Of a stretch of 64,000 nt of DNA, positions 13,543 through 27,362 are shown piece by piece. Source of the stretch: the human T2T-CHM13v2.0 reference genome, Homo sapiens; the NCBI RefSeq assembly GCF_009914755.1, contig NC_060935.1. The stretch is one strand, 5' to 3'. Position 1 is the first letter of the stretch. Every line of letters begins with the position of its first letter. The notes under the pieces are model-generated. The model worked only from the letters and a program-made list of their open reading frames with translations. It was not told the origin of the DNA and did not search any database. Position numbers and translations under genes: made by a program.

Positions 13543-14747
13543 GTTAGTCTCTATGTATACTTCTTTGCTTTACTTAGTAATTCTTAGATAATGATATAAT
13601 TTGTCTATAATGCTGTCTTTGTCAAGACTTCTACATGACCATAAAGTCATAATTAAGTTAAAATGATGTACATTTGATATTTTACTTTGGAGGGGGCCAA
13701 GACATGCTATCATTTTCAGTTAAACTCTGTAACTATTTTTAATATAATAGAAACTTAGAGTAAGTTGGGTGAATTGTAATTCACAACTAGATTAATTTAC
13801 TGAATGAATATAAAATCTTTGCTGAGTTGATATTATACTGCCTCAGAAATAAACAAGATGACAGATTTTTGTTTGGGGTTAAAATTGGTGTGTATGAACA
13901 GTATTAACTCATTAGTTTGAATAAAGTATTTTGAATACTTTTGAAAATTTAAGTGGTAAAACTGCGGATTTCCTGGTCTAAATTTGTTGACTTGGTTTTT
14001 TAAGAGAATTTTTGGCTGGAATCAGAGGAGACTCCCTACTTTTTGCCAGGTTATAATTTAATTAATAATTATTTTTCTAAGGCAGTAAGTGAAAGCATTG
14101 GAAGGGATTTTCAATGTAGTCTTTTCTTTTTCTATATAATACCACATTAAGTAAAGGCCAGTTATTACCTTCATGTATTTCTAACACTTTTATCAGTGAA
14201 ATTTTCCTCTTTGAATTGTTTCAAAGGTCCAAGTACAGTATTAACCACTCCCATTTTAGGAAAGATGGATAAAAAAGGTTTTATCCTGGAAAGACTATGT
14301 ATACAATTGGTCACTATTTTTCCCCCTTTGAGGTCACCTTTTTATATGTCAAGAAAATTTGACAGTGGTGAATTTTTTATTTCTCATGCAGGGAACTGGA
14401 AATTGGATTTTCTGTAGTTTCTAAAAGATATACAACAGAGCAAGCCTTCGTACATTCTCATAACATAGTAGAAGACAAAAGTCTGAAGAATATCTTGTGG
14501 GAATAAAAATACCTAAGCCTTGCATTTTTTTTAGTGAAATTGCCTATTTTGTATGTTTATAGATAAAGTATTATTACATGATATATATCTGAGTCTTTGG
14601 CCAGCTGAGCCAGGATTGCGCATGGGTTCTCCAGCATATTTGTAGTACAAATTCATATGAAAATTAAGAATTGTTTTAGTCCTTATTTTTAATTATTATC
14701 ACTGCATATATTTTTATTTTGTCTCCACTGTTTTGATTTGAAAATAG

Positions 14748-14955
14748 ATGTCAGCTCATGGATAATCTGTGATGGTGATATTGACCCTGAATGGATAGAA
14801 TCTCTGAATTCTGTTCTGGATGATAATCGACTGCTGACTATGCCCAGTGGAGAAAGGATTCAGTTTGGCCCAAATGTTAACTTTGTATTTGAAACTCATG
14901 ATTTAAGTTGTGCATCACCAGCCACAATATCTAGAATGGGAATGATCTTTCTTAG
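14748..14955 (+). CDS. DYNC2H1: exon ~39 (208 nt), [23 protein letters not shown]
   Basis: aaatag acceptor; AG|gtaagc donor. Confidence 0.96.
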
Positions 14956-16984
14956 GTAAGCCATAGATTATTTATATACAGTATATTAGAATATTCTTTT
15001 ACTGTCCTGGTTTCATATTAGGTAAAATAAGTGTAGTGTGAATAATGAATACATATTTTTCCCATTTATGATTAACTTCTTTTTTGTTAGGTTTTAATTA
15101 ATTCAGAGAGTTCCTGTTTTATTACAAAATTGAATTATTTTAGGAGTTTTAGTTGTATCACAATTATGAAATAATTATTTGTTTAAATGAAACAGCAAGA
15201 AAATTTGGTCTCTTTATTATTTTGTTGAAATATTGTGACTGATTTCAGAGAAGTGAACATATTAATTATGAGCTAATATGAGCTAATATTATGAGCTAAT
15301 AATTTAAAGCTGAGTAGCAATATTTTAATTTTAGAATTTAATTAATTAAATCTATTTAATTTTAGATTCACAGAATTTTAGGGCTAATTCAGGTTTATTA
15401 GGTCCAATGACCCAGTCTTTTCATTTTACAAATTGAACACCTCTTTACTTAATATTTTTTTTCTTCTTCAGTATATTTGGAAGAGGCTTAAAGACTGAAA
15501 GTGAATAATAAACCAATTTTAGATATCATGTAAAATAGTCACATACCAGAGCATGGACATTTGCACCAATTTTATTTTTGAAAATCAGTAATATTTTGGC
15601 ATAAGTAAGAAACTTTTATTTTACTTTTCCAATTTTTATTTATCATACTGTAGCATTTTATTTTTTTTAGTACCATTTAAAGTCATTTTAGGTGTTGTAT
15701 GACATATGACAATGTAATAAAGTTGATTCAAATCATGTTTTGAAATTATTTAGTTGTTTACTTTTTTGACAGTATTGTAGGAAACATTTACTTTAAATTA
15801 GCCAGAAGCTTCAATTGATATTTTGAGGTATTATTAAAAGATAATATAATTTTGGGTTTACTGCTTTCATAGCAGCATTTGCACACAATTTATCATATTT
15901 ATTAATTGTGTTATAATCTTGTGAGAAAAATAGAATAAAGGTAAGTTTTTAGTTAAATTTTAAAGTACTTGTTAAATATTATATATATGGTATTAAATTA
16001 CGCACCTGAGGAGAGAGAGAGCTAGAAAGGAGTAAAACTGTTTGTAGAGAGCTTATCTTTTTGGAAAATACTTTCACATAGAGGAGGCAAATTTATACAA
16101 TTTATACAAGTGGAATATAAGTGAACTAAGCAGTAAGTAGAATACTATTAATATTTAGCAGAAAATAAGACATTGCTTTAGAGGAGTTGAAAATTGTTGG
16201 TGAATCAGGTATTGTTTGTGAAAGGCATAATGAATGTATATGATTTCATGTAAAATACAAATACATATTAACTTTTTTTGTTGCTATGTGTTCAGCTTAT
16301 ATCTTAGTTTTAGGTTTCCTTTATTCCTTTAGCAGATATTTGTTGAGCACTTGCTATGTAATAGGCCAAATGTGGACCTTTTAATACTGAAATAAATGTT
16401 ATTATTAATGATTCTGGGACAACTGGTATGAAGCAGTGTTGTATTGGATAAACCAAGACATGTAGTCTCATAGACATTGAGAAAATACCATTGGTAAGAA
16501 ACTCTTTATTCTGAAGGAGCTTAGCATCTTTGGTTGGCCTACTTTGGGCTAATCTAATGTTATATAATTATTAACCTCTTTGATATTTCAATTTTTTTCA
16601 TATTAGACTGGATAGAAAATGTGAGAGCAGAGATTCAAGGCATCAGTGTCATTTATTAATTTGCTATGAAACAATGGTGGAAGATAGGAAAAAATGACAA
16701 AAATCGTGAGGTCTTGTCAATTCTAAAATAATATGAATTATTTTTACTATAGTTTTTTATAATTATATAAGGTATAATTTTGAATAAGATGTGAATCTCT
16801 ATTATTTCACCAATTGGATTTTGGTGAAATAATTGAATTTTACCCAGATAATTATGTGCTTTGCTAAAGGAATTATAGTTTGCTTTAGGAAGATCTTTAA
16901 ATTTTAATAGTGGCATGGGAATTTAGGTAGTTGGATTTTTATAGGATAGAGAAAAAGTGTTTCTAAAGATCTGTATTACAGTTT

Positions 16985-17125
16985 AGATCAGTGCATTTTA
17001 AACTCTAATGTGCATTTGAATCATCAAGGGGTCTTATTAAAATGAAGATTTTTGCTTTAGTATGTCTGGAGAGGGATTTGGGATTTTACATTTCTAACAG
17101 ACCACTCTGAGTAGGAATGGTTGAG
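16985..17125. mobile_element. MER5-family fossil
   Basis: cagtg..aaactctaatgtgcatttgaatca..gtcttattaaaatgaagatt..catttctaacag accactctgagtag. Confidence 0.65.
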
Positions 17126-17478
17126 ACCACTTTAGGCTATGTAGAGCCTATGTAGAGTAGGTTGTGTAGATATATAATTCTCGTTTAGTTTATATTTATA
17201 ATAAAATAGATGAAATGTATTTGTTTTATAGAAAATGACATATATATGTATATATACCTATATGCATGTGTGTTTGTATATATTATGTGTATGTATACAC
17301 ACACACAGATGTAATTGTATTATTCACACATACTCATAGTAAAGTAACTAAAGCCACCTTTTGTATGCTAGCAGACAAAATATGTGCGTAGAATAATGTT
17401 TATTGGAGAAGAAATTTATTTTAATGTAAATTGATAATTTCTTCCTAAGTAATTTTTTATTTGTCTAAACTGTTTCAG

Positions 17479-17608
17479 TGATGAAGAGACAGATCTTAAT
17501 TCTCTGATAAAATCTTGGTTGAGGAATCAGCCTGCTGAATATAGAAATAATCTTGAAAATTGGATTGGAGATTATTTTGAAAAGGCTTTACAATGGGTTC
17601 TAAAGCAG
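17479..17608 (+). CDS. DYNC2H1: exon ~40 (130 nt), SDEETDLNSLIKSWL...WVLKQ
   Basis: tttcag acceptor; CAG|gtaaat donor; phase 2-0 fits neighbours. Confidence 0.93.
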
Positions 17609-17928
17609 GTAAATTAACCATAATATTTCATAATTAATCGAGGTGAGAAGTATGATTAAGAGTGATGCTTATTTTAACTTCCTTGTGGTAGAACTCTGCT
17701 GGAATGTGGGTGTGAGGTGAGAGGTGGATTTTGTCACTGCTACTCCTCTGTATCTCTTAGCATAACTGTTATATCTCTTATCATAACTTTTTATTTTGTT
17801 AGTCTTAAAACATTTTACTTCTTTCATTCATAATACTTTACACTGCTTACCTAACAATCTTGATTACTAGAATGTCTTTCTAATTTTTACTAGCAAAAAC
17901 CATCTTGCTGCCACTTTTTACTGATATG

Positions 17929-18065
17929 CCAGTAAATACCTATATATATGACATATGTATATATAATATATAGGTATTTATATACCTATATATACACCTA
18001 TATATACACACCTATATATACCAATAAATACCTATATATATGTCACATATATATGATATATATAA
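17929..18065. repeat. TA-rich low-complexity repeat with direct and inverted copies of TAAATACCTATATA
   Basis: Read directly from the sequence. Confidence 0.85.
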
Positions 18066-20617
18066 GGTTAAAAACAATATGAAGTTAGCACTAAACTAGA
18101 AAAGGGATGGTGAGTTATTTGCAATAATGAAAACGTGTTTATATTTAACAAAAACATTGAATATCTAATATATGTGAAGCATAATACAAGAGAGACTTTG
18201 AGAGGTGAAGATTAACAAGGTAATTCCTTTCCTTGAGAAGGGTTTATCTAATGGAGAAAAATGACATGCAAACAGATAACCACAATTTAGCAGGATGAAG
18301 AGAATATTGCTGTCATTTAGAAGAGGTTTAAAAGGAGATCACATTTGATTTTGGATTTGAAATGTGAAAAAAGTTTAGCATGCAAAGAAGACCGTGGAGG
18401 GTGTTCAGATATTCTACATGTTTATGCCATTGCTTTTATGAAAAATGAAAACATATACAAAATAGAGGATATAAATAGCAGTGAGTTTTTTGAAAGTATC
18501 TGATTGTGATTGTGAATCTGAACTTGATTTAGAGTTCAATACTTTAGGATTGAACAAGATATAGAGAAATGAAGATTTGTTTTCGTTTTCTCAAACTTTT
18601 TCTTTTCTGACTTTGTAAGAATGAAAAATGGAGGAATAGGGATTTGTGAGGATAGCGATGCAAGTGAGGTAGGTTTTCCTGGAGGCCTAGGAAAGGGAAC
18701 ACTCCCATTAGCTCCTAGTCTGACTGAGCTGTCTCCTCCTTTGTGCTTCTGTAGCAACATACAGCATCTACCAACTATGTTATAATTGTCTGTTTACATT
18801 AAACTATAAGCACCTTGAAGGCAAGGACCAAGCTTATCACACTCTTCATTGTGTCCTCAGAACCAAGTATGATATTAAGTGATAGCAAATGAATGATAGT
18901 ATTGTGCTTAATTATATACCTGATGCCTACATTGTGACACCTTTTCAGTAGATATGTTATTTCATTAGTACAAAACATTCAGAGCCTAACAAGGCTTTCC
19001 AATGCAGATACTTTGAGGTAATCTGCTCATAGATGTGTGAATGTTATAATAGGAGTATCGTATTAGATGGAATATATTTATGTATATATAGGGGTTTATG
19101 ACTGTAGAAATGACGACAGGATAAGATTGTTAAACAATAGAGTGAATACCAAAGATTCAGTTAGGAAAAAAAATGGTTTATGTTTTGAGGTCACACCGCT
19201 GTTTGTTTGTTTGTTTTATTTAATGTGTTAAGGGTTCTTTTCTTTTTATCCTGTATTTTGTTCACCATGCACAGGTTCTGAGGTATACCACAATGAATTC
19301 TCTAGTCAAATGCTGAAATTGTATTTATAACTAGAACTTTGCTTTCTTCTTTTTTCTCTTCCTCAGCCTATGGGATAAATCTTTGCTTTCTTGTATGAAT
19401 TCAGCAAATAAGAAAATATAGAAGAAAATATGTACATTTCCTTTATCTCACCTTTAAAATCTGGAACTCTCAGTATGAGTCTGTCTAGATTTCTTTCTTT
19501 CTTCTCCTTTCTTCCTGCTCTTCCTCCTATTTCTTCTTTCTCACAAAAATATTAATTTTTTTAAGCACAGCGATGTTTTTAAAATGTAAACTGGGTAATT
19601 TTACTCTATTATAAAAAACATGTTAAAGACAAGGAAAATAAGGATTGTATTCCTTACCATGTCTGATAAATTCTGCACTCTGGCCCTTGCCTATTTCTCT
19701 GACTTAAAACACTGTTTCCTTGCTTACTTAGGCATAACTTCTTTTAATTCCTTAACAGTGCTAAGTTTTTCTTTGCATGTGCTCTATTCTCTGCATAAGC
19801 AGATAGATCTCATCCTTCAGTCTTAGCTTAAATGTCACCTTTTTTTAAAGAAGCCGTGAGCCCTCAATCTGAGTTACTGTTTCCCACAACATTCTGTACT
19901 GCTGTAGCTCTTACCACAATTTGTTAACCATTTCCTGTGCTATGCTTGAGCTCCATGAAGACAGGGACCCTGTTTATTCCAGCTTTTAACAAAACAAAGC
20001 AAAAACAAACCTGGCACCACATACAGATTCTAATGCATGATTGGTTCTCCGTAAATATTTATAGAAAGACTGAGAGCCATTTTTTCTTTAACTCTCTGGC
20101 ACTTACCAGGGACCCCAGGGAGGCTTACAGATCAAAGCATCTACACAGCACTGAAGTCCAGAAGTTTCATTTAAAAATTCTTTCAGAGAAAGCTCCATGT
20201 GGTTTGTCATTTATGCCTGCTTTTTCTAACGTTTCTTTTCTAGTGCCATCAATCTAGCTCTTGGCTCTTGTATTCTTTTTATCAGCAAGAGGAAATGAAC
20301 ATGTATTCTTTTTGGAACAATGCTCCCTAACTTACCTTTTCTTTTATATTCTTCAGGTTTAGGAAGTAAATAAACTGTATCTATTTGAGGACTGTAGCAC
20401 TGAAAGCTAGAAATATATGATTGTACTTTCATGATTACTTTTTATTTTCAAAGTATATATAAAAATTGAATGAAATCCAAACTTTCTACAGTTTGAATAG
20501 AGGAGTGAGTTTAAAAATGGTTCTTGAAAAGGTATGTGAACATCAGTCTGTATGGTTCTATGTTTACTGGTTAATAGTTGCCTTTTGTCTGTTTGTATCA
20601 CGGATTTTAATCAACAG

Positions 20618-20773
20618 AATGACTATGTGGTAGAAACAAGTTTGGTTGGGACTGTGATGAATGGTTTGTCACATCTACATGGTTGCAGAGATCATGACGA
20701 ATTCATTATTAATCTCATAAGGGGACTTGGTGGAAATCTGAATATGAAGTCACGTTTGGAATTTACCAAAGAG
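20618..20773 (+). CDS. DYNC2H1: exon ~41 (156 nt), NDYVVETSLVG...LEFTKE
   Basis: caacag acceptor; GAG|gtaatg donor. Confidence 0.93.
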
Positions 20774-21962
20774 GTAATGCATATTTATAGCCTATATTTA
20801 GTCAAAACTTTAACTTTTCATTAACTCTTAACTGCCAAAACACAATGATTTGTAACTGTAAGATATGGAACTTTTAAAATTTGAAATTATGTATTCAATT
20901 GAGTAATAATGTATTTATGTATGTGTATTTATATTTTCTCCTTTGAGTTATTTTATGATGTTTGATAATATTATTAACATTTTATAAAATAATGTTTTAT
21001 AAGTTAAAGTTTGGACCATATCTTTTTTAAGTTAGACATTTTTGAACCTACTTGTCTACATTAATAATTATTTCATTCATTTAAAAATCTTAGAATAGTT
21101 TAGTTTTTATCATCCTTTTAACTAGAGCAGTTTTAGGAATTGGGAATATTAGGATGAATTAATTATTAATAAATATTTTCTTTAATATATGTTAAAGTTG
21201 TATTACAGTCAAGTTGTTTATAAAGCTGAATTCTAAATAATAAGTGATTTTTTTTCCAATTGACCTCTACTGAAATTATTGGACATTTATTCCTTTGGGT
21301 TGGCTCTAACATTAACAGCTTTTTTTCTCATTTTGCTGCTTCTTTAATAGTGTCATTTACTGCTTTCTCTATTCCGTCTCCCTTTCCATGGCTGTCCTGT
21401 TGCCTCTGTTGCCAGATGCTTCTCATTGTTACCACTCAGTGACATACTATATGCTGCTTTTAAGCACATACTCTCTTGTCAAAGTTCCGAATAAATGTAT
21501 TGAAGAATAGTATTAAGGGCTAACTCTGCTTTATATATGCATAGATAACAGTTTTCAGTATTAAAAAGAAGAATAACAGGTGGAGAGCAGTGGTAGTGAC
21601 ACTGTGATGGACAGTACCAGGATATGGCAGAAATGAAGGGCTTTAGGATTTCTGCATTCTGTACTTTGTGATTTAATGTTAATAAGAACTCCATTAAAAT
21701 GGAATATATTTATACCTTAGTGTATAAATAAATATCCACTATGTCATTATCTCCTATATATACTTTAATTTACTTGCATAAATGATCATTTAGAGAAAAA
21801 TATTTGAGATAAAATGTTACATTAATGATAAAATAGGTTTAGTTTATGTAAAGTTTTCTTGGAACTAAGATGATTTACTTTTGGGATATTTACTTGGAAG
21901 AATTTTAAAATGTCACACACTCTGGAGTATGTGAAAACTTATCACAATTTTTTCCTCTTAAG

Positions 21963-22222
21963 GTTTTTCATTGGGCACGAGAATCTCCTCCAGACTTTCA
22001 CAAACCTATGGATACCTACTATGACTCTACTAGGGGTCGGTTAGCAACATATGTGCTTAAGAAGCCAGAAGACTTGACTGCTGATGATTTCAGTAACGGC
22101 TTAACTCTTCCAGTCATTCAGACTCCTGACATGCAACGAGGTCTAGATTATTTCAAACCATGGTTAAGTTCTGATACTAAACAGCCCTTTATTCTGGTAG
22201 GACCAGAAGGATGTGGCAAAGG
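21963..22222 (+). CDS. DYNC2H1: exon ~42 (260 nt), VFHWARE...ILVGPEGCGK (AAA3 P-loop)
   Basis: cttaag acceptor; GG|gtaaga donor. Confidence 0.95.
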
Positions 22223-23060
22223 GTAAGAAAAATATTGGCAAAGGTATATGTTGTGGATTTATTCCTGCCGCCCCTAATTGATTTAATGGCTTTTGTTATG
22301 TTTCTTTTGGTTAAAGTAGCATTTACATTTTCATGGAAGATTCATTTTATTTTCATTACTTATAAAAATAAGAACTATGGGGAATAGTGTGTCCTTTTCT
22401 TTGCCAGGTTGTGTGATTTCTACTGGAAAGACAGCAATCTGAGAAGATACTCTTAAAAATTATCCGTCCATATAATACAGCAAAAAAAAAAAAAAGAATG
22501 CCTTATATATACTCACACACCATTTGCTTTAGTTATAAAATTTAAAATTTGAAGTTAGATCTCTATTTAAAAGTAGCTTTTAATTCAGTGGAATTCAGCC
22601 TAGTTTTAGTTCATATGGAGCATAGTCTCCTGAAATATAGGAACCATGGTTTATTATTTTCATATTTCTAGTAGGGGAGTAGTAATTTTAAAAATTGTAT
22701 AAAATCATAGTAATTTTTTTAAACTCATGGAACTTAAAATCTTAAAATCCTTCAACTGTGGGGAAACAGGGTTGGTATATTTGACATGTACTTTATCAAA
22801 CTAGATTAATTCTGAGAACTTTGATTTTTTTGGCTGAAAACAGTCCTCACAATGCCTTAAAACATGAATTTATGTTTTTCTAGTCTAAAAGAAAGTTGCT
22901 TTGATAGTTATGGAAGCCATATCTGTATTTACCATTTTTCCTATCATCATATACATTTTAGAAACTGAAATATTTATGAGATAGAAATTTCTTATTGAGT
23001 ATAAAATGTATTTTGTTGGTTGCATTTTTATCAAAGTCAGATGTCATGCATTTTTCGTAG

Positions 23061-23307
23061 GATGCTGCTCAGGTACGCATTTTCACAACTCCGGTCCACT
23101 CAAATTGCTACAGTTCATTGTAGTGCACAAACCACTTCTCGACATCTCCTGCAGAAACTGAGCCAGACTTGCATGGTAATCAGTACTAATACTGGTCGTG
23201 TATACAGACCAAAAGACTGTGAAAGACTTGTTCTGTACTTAAAAGATATCAACCTACCTAAACTTGATAAATGGGGGACCAGTACTTTGGTAGCATTCCT
23301 ACAACAG
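23061..23307 (+). CDS. DYNC2H1: exon ~43 (247 nt), MLLRYAF...LYLKDINLPKLDKWGT...FLQQ
   Basis: tcgtag acceptor; CAG|gtaagt donor. Confidence 0.95.
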
Positions 23308-24217
23308 GTAAGTCATATTGCTTGAAGTGTTTTAATCTAATTGGAAACAATTTAATTTCATTAACTTTTCTTAGAAAATATTCATTCTTCATTTGGGGCC
23401 AGTTTTATCTAGCATTTGTCATGGAAATTAAACTCCTGAAACACTTCAGTCTTGTTCCAGTTCTTCTGTGATTTTCCTTTCTTTAGAAGTTAGTATTACG
23501 TCAGGATAATACATGACAGGGAGAATAGAAACAGCCTTCACTCTACATCTATTACTTGTCCTTTATTCGTAAAACAAGGAGGAAAACAAAAGCTGGACAT
23601 GGTGGTGGAGGTGGAGAAATTTTTGCTTCATGTTTTAAAGTATGCATTCTTCTCACTGCAGTTAGACTTGGTCATGTTTTTTTCTGGCTGCTTTAACCCA
23701 TTATTCTCCATTTTTGCCTGTATAAGGATTTGAGATCACATATCCTGAATCAGTGTGGAATATATTTTTTCTTTATGTTATTTACATCACATTAGAAGCT
23801 ATAAATTCTTAGAGTTTATTACGGTATAGGTCCAATTTTAGGCTTATTATGTAACTGCAGAATATGATAAAATATTTACAGAAAAAAACAAAAATATTTT
23901 TCTCATATTTTTCCTGATACTTTCATTTTCTAGGCTAATTGTACTCAATTTATAATATCATTGCATTTTAGTGTTTATTAGAGAGAAAAGCATTTTAAAC
24001 AGTAGGATAATTTAGCTAACATTCATAGAACACAGAGATTTGAACAGTATTATTTTTCAGTGATATAATAATTTAAGATACCGTTTAATCTAAAATTCTT
24101 GAGTTAGATAGATGATGATTGCATTTAGAAATAATTGAAACTTAGGCAAAAATATCCTTTATCATGATTAGGAAATCTTAGATAAAAAACGTTTAAAATA
24201 TATTTATTTTCAAATAG

Positions 24218-24369
24218 GTATTGACGTATCAAGGATTTTATGATGAAAATTTGGAATGGGTTGGTCTAGAAAATATTCAAATTGTGGCTTCTATGTCAGC
24301 TGGAGGAAGACTGGGAAGACATAAACTTACTACCAGATTTACTTCCATCGTTCGTCTTTGTTCTATAGA
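24218..24369 (+). CDS. DYNC2H1: exon ~44 (152 nt), VLTYQGFYD...GRHKLTTRF
   Basis: aaatag acceptor; GA|gtatgt donor; phase 0-2. Confidence 0.94.
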
Positions 24370-25392
24370 GTATGTATCTTTGTGTTTCAGATTTTTTAAT
24401 TTGGGAAGATATCATATATAAATGAATTTTATTTAAAGTATTTATGATAATACTTTAAAATTTAGAATATAAAAATGGTCAAACTTAACCTCTGATATTT
24501 TTTCCTACCCTTCTCAAAATATAGGCAATAATTTAGGATGATAAAAGCTTTAATCAAAGCATCTTATTTATGATATGTTTAACAGGAAATAAAACGAAAC
24601 TGTTTTGTGTAGTCTGTGTTCCAAAATGTCAATCTCAGGAGTCTGAATGGTGGATTTTAGATTTAAATGTTTTATGCAGTTCATGAAACAAAAATACCAT
24701 CAAATTTATGAAGATAACAAAAAGAGAATTTCAATCTGAACAAGGGAGAATTAGGGTCATTTTAATGGCTGGTGGCATCAATGCTAATCATCTCCACGGG
24801 CCATAATTACAGAGACTATGGCAATATCTCCTCTGTTTATATTTAATATACATTATATTACATTACAAATATTGAATATTACAAAACCTTATTTGTATAC
24901 TTTTGTGCTAATTGTACTCCATCAATTAAACTTTTTTTTTTCTAGAAATATTCCTGCTGCCAGTTAAACCATATTGAAATACATTTTGGTTTGGGAGAAA
25001 GGGGTTGATTTTATTTGTTGTATTAGTTTTACTTTTATAGTTCTGAGGTGGATTACTGCCCTGTGTACAGACCTTATGTAACTCAAAAATGCTTTTCAAA
25101 AGTAAAATTTTCCTTTTGGTCTTTTCTGAAGATCAGTGATATGTTTTAACATAATTTCTTGGGGTTCTCTAACACCTTCTGGTATTTGACAATAGATATT
25201 TCGGGATCGAATTTGGTTGAAATGAGAATGGATCGGGGCGATGAGCCTAGTCTTAGCCCCCTGGGTAAGCTTTGGAGATATGTAGGTCTTAGAGCAGCAC
25301 GGTTTCAAAACCACTGTTGTAACTTAACATTGAAATATTAATTTGGAATACTGATTTATTTCAGCTTTCTTCTTATATGCCATTTTTTTTAG

Positions 25393-25537
25393 TTACCCAG
25401 AAAGAGAGCAGTTACAAACGATTTATGGAGCATATTTGGAACCAGTTCTACATAAAAATCTGAAGAATCATTCTATTTGGGGTTCTTCATCAAAAATTTA
25501 TCTTTTAGCAGGATCTATGGTACAAGTGTATGAACAG
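25393..25537 (+). CDS. DYNC2H1: exon ~45 (145 nt), DYPEREQLQTIY...VQVYEQ
   Basis: T8-ag acceptor; CAG|gtagat donor. Confidence 0.94.
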
Positions 25538-26664
25538 GTAGATATGCATCTAAATTGTAGCTTTCATGTCTATTAGTATCATTTCTAAAGGTCTACTTTT
25601 AATTCTGACCTCTGTGTTGACACCCAGGCTTTACTTTCCTGTTTATTAGACTTTTCTAGTAGAGAGTAACTGTGAAGACAGGTGCTGTGTGTGCCTTATT
25701 CACTGTTGTATCCATGGCACAGTTTCTAATAGGCACTCGATATTTGTTGAATGAATGCATTTGTGGTAGATGGTTATTCTGCTGTCAGCTCAAATTTTGC
25801 ATATTTAGAATTGAGTTTATCTTCTTTCCCAAAACAGATCTTTTTCCTGACTTCTATCAGTTTGTGTCTTCCAGGCTTCAAACCTGCAAGCAGTCTTTGA
25901 TGTTTCTTTCTTTCTTCCTGACTGTGAGGAAATGTCTAAAGTATTCTTCCTAGATAAAATGGGGAAGATACTTGAAAGTAGGCATTGAGGATACACAAAA
26001 CATTTGTTGAGCACCTTTTCTTGCCAGTAGTAGTCCTAGGGATGTAAAGATGACTTAGTTTATTTTCACTGAATGTTCGCAGTCTAATGAGGGGCTGAGT
26101 CATATAAATAAGCTATTAATGCAGTGTAATAAATGTAGCAATAACAGTATGTCTAACTTACAGAGATAGCACAGAGGAGGAGTAAATAACTTTGTTGTAT
26201 ATGGTAGTTGTTAAGGAGGAGGTGAAGTTTGATCTGAGTTTTGAAAAATTAATAGAAATTCACCAAGTTGCTGGAGGTGAAAGAATGTCTTCTTAGATAA
26301 AGGGAATAGCGTGTACAAGTTATAGACATGTTTGTGGAAGATGCTTTTTATAATATTGGAGTAGAAGTGGGGATAGGTAAGTTTAAAAGCAAGAAATTCC
26401 TTTTTTTAAAAAAATAAAGATGTTAAGTAATCAAGATCAGAATAAGAGTAATGGCTCTGTCCATAGAGAGGAAGGGACAGGCATTTTACCGGTTGGTTGT
26501 ATATTGAAGAGAGATACTTTGATTTGTTCAGTGACTTCTTGAACTTAAATTGTTTTAATGGTTCCCAGCATTAAAAAATGGGTCTTACCTAGACCTGTGA
26601 GTACCTTGGAATTGCAACCATCATATTTAAAGGTTAGGTTTGTTTTTATTGAATTCTTCTGTTC

Positions 26665-27125
26665 AGCAGGGCTTTTTAGCCTTTTTTTTTTTTTTTGGCC
26701 ATCTGTTGAAGCCTATGAACCCTTCTTAGAATATATGTATATATATATATTTTTTTTCTTTTTCTTTTTTTTTTTTTGAGATGGAGTCTCGCTTTGTCGC
26801 CCAGGTTGTAGTGCAGTGGCACAATCTCAGCTCACTGCAACCTCTGCCTCCTTGGTTCAAGTGATTCTTCTGCCTTAGCCTCTCAAGTAGCTGGGACTAC
26901 AAGCATGTGCCACCATGCCCAGCCAATTTTTATATTTTTTTTAGAGACGGCGTTTTGCCATATTGGCCAGGCTGGTCTTGAACTGCTGACCTCGTGATCT
27001 GCCCCCACTCAGCCTCTGAAAGTGCTGGGATTATAGGCATGAGCAACTGCGCCCGACCAGAATGTTTTTAAGTGCATAAAATATAGTATAAAGATAATGA
27101 AGTCATTTATATTGAAATCCAGTTC
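26665..27125. mobile_element. hAT-Charlie-type MER fragment split by an Alu
   Basis: tgaagcctatgaacccttcttagaat [Alu] gtttttaagtgcataaaat..tatattgaaatccagtt; subfamily not determined. Confidence 0.55.
26750..27057 (-). mobile_element. AluS (Sc/Sg-like)
   Basis: Full dimer with ctgacctcgtgatc; TA/T-rich tail. Confidence 0.9.
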
Positions 27126-27236
27126 CATCTACAGGTAGAAATTGGTATTCCTCTGAGTCTAAGGAGACTGAAAAATTTATAACATGATTATTATTTAAGG
27201 CAGTAGAAAGATTGTTTACTGTATTTTCTTTTTCAG

Positions 27237-27339
27237 GTGCGAGCCAAATTTACAGTTGATGATTATAGTCACTATTTCTTTACTCCTTGCATTCTTACCC
27301 AATGGGTTCTTGGCTTATTTAGATATGATTTAGAAGGAG
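27237..27339 (+). CDS. DYNC2H1: exon ~46 (103 nt), VRAKFTVDDYSHYFFTP...YDLEG
   Basis: tttcag acceptor; G|gtgagt donor. Confidence 0.95.
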
Positions 27340-27362
27340 GTGAGTTTTGCTAGTGTGTATCT

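Noticed and set aside
20100-20415. Two perfect minus-strand donors (rc GTAAGT at ~20101-20106 and ~20330-20335) hinting at a spliced antisense RNA
   Set aside because: The acceptors are weak and nothing in the sequence supports transcription. The frequency is compatible with chance.
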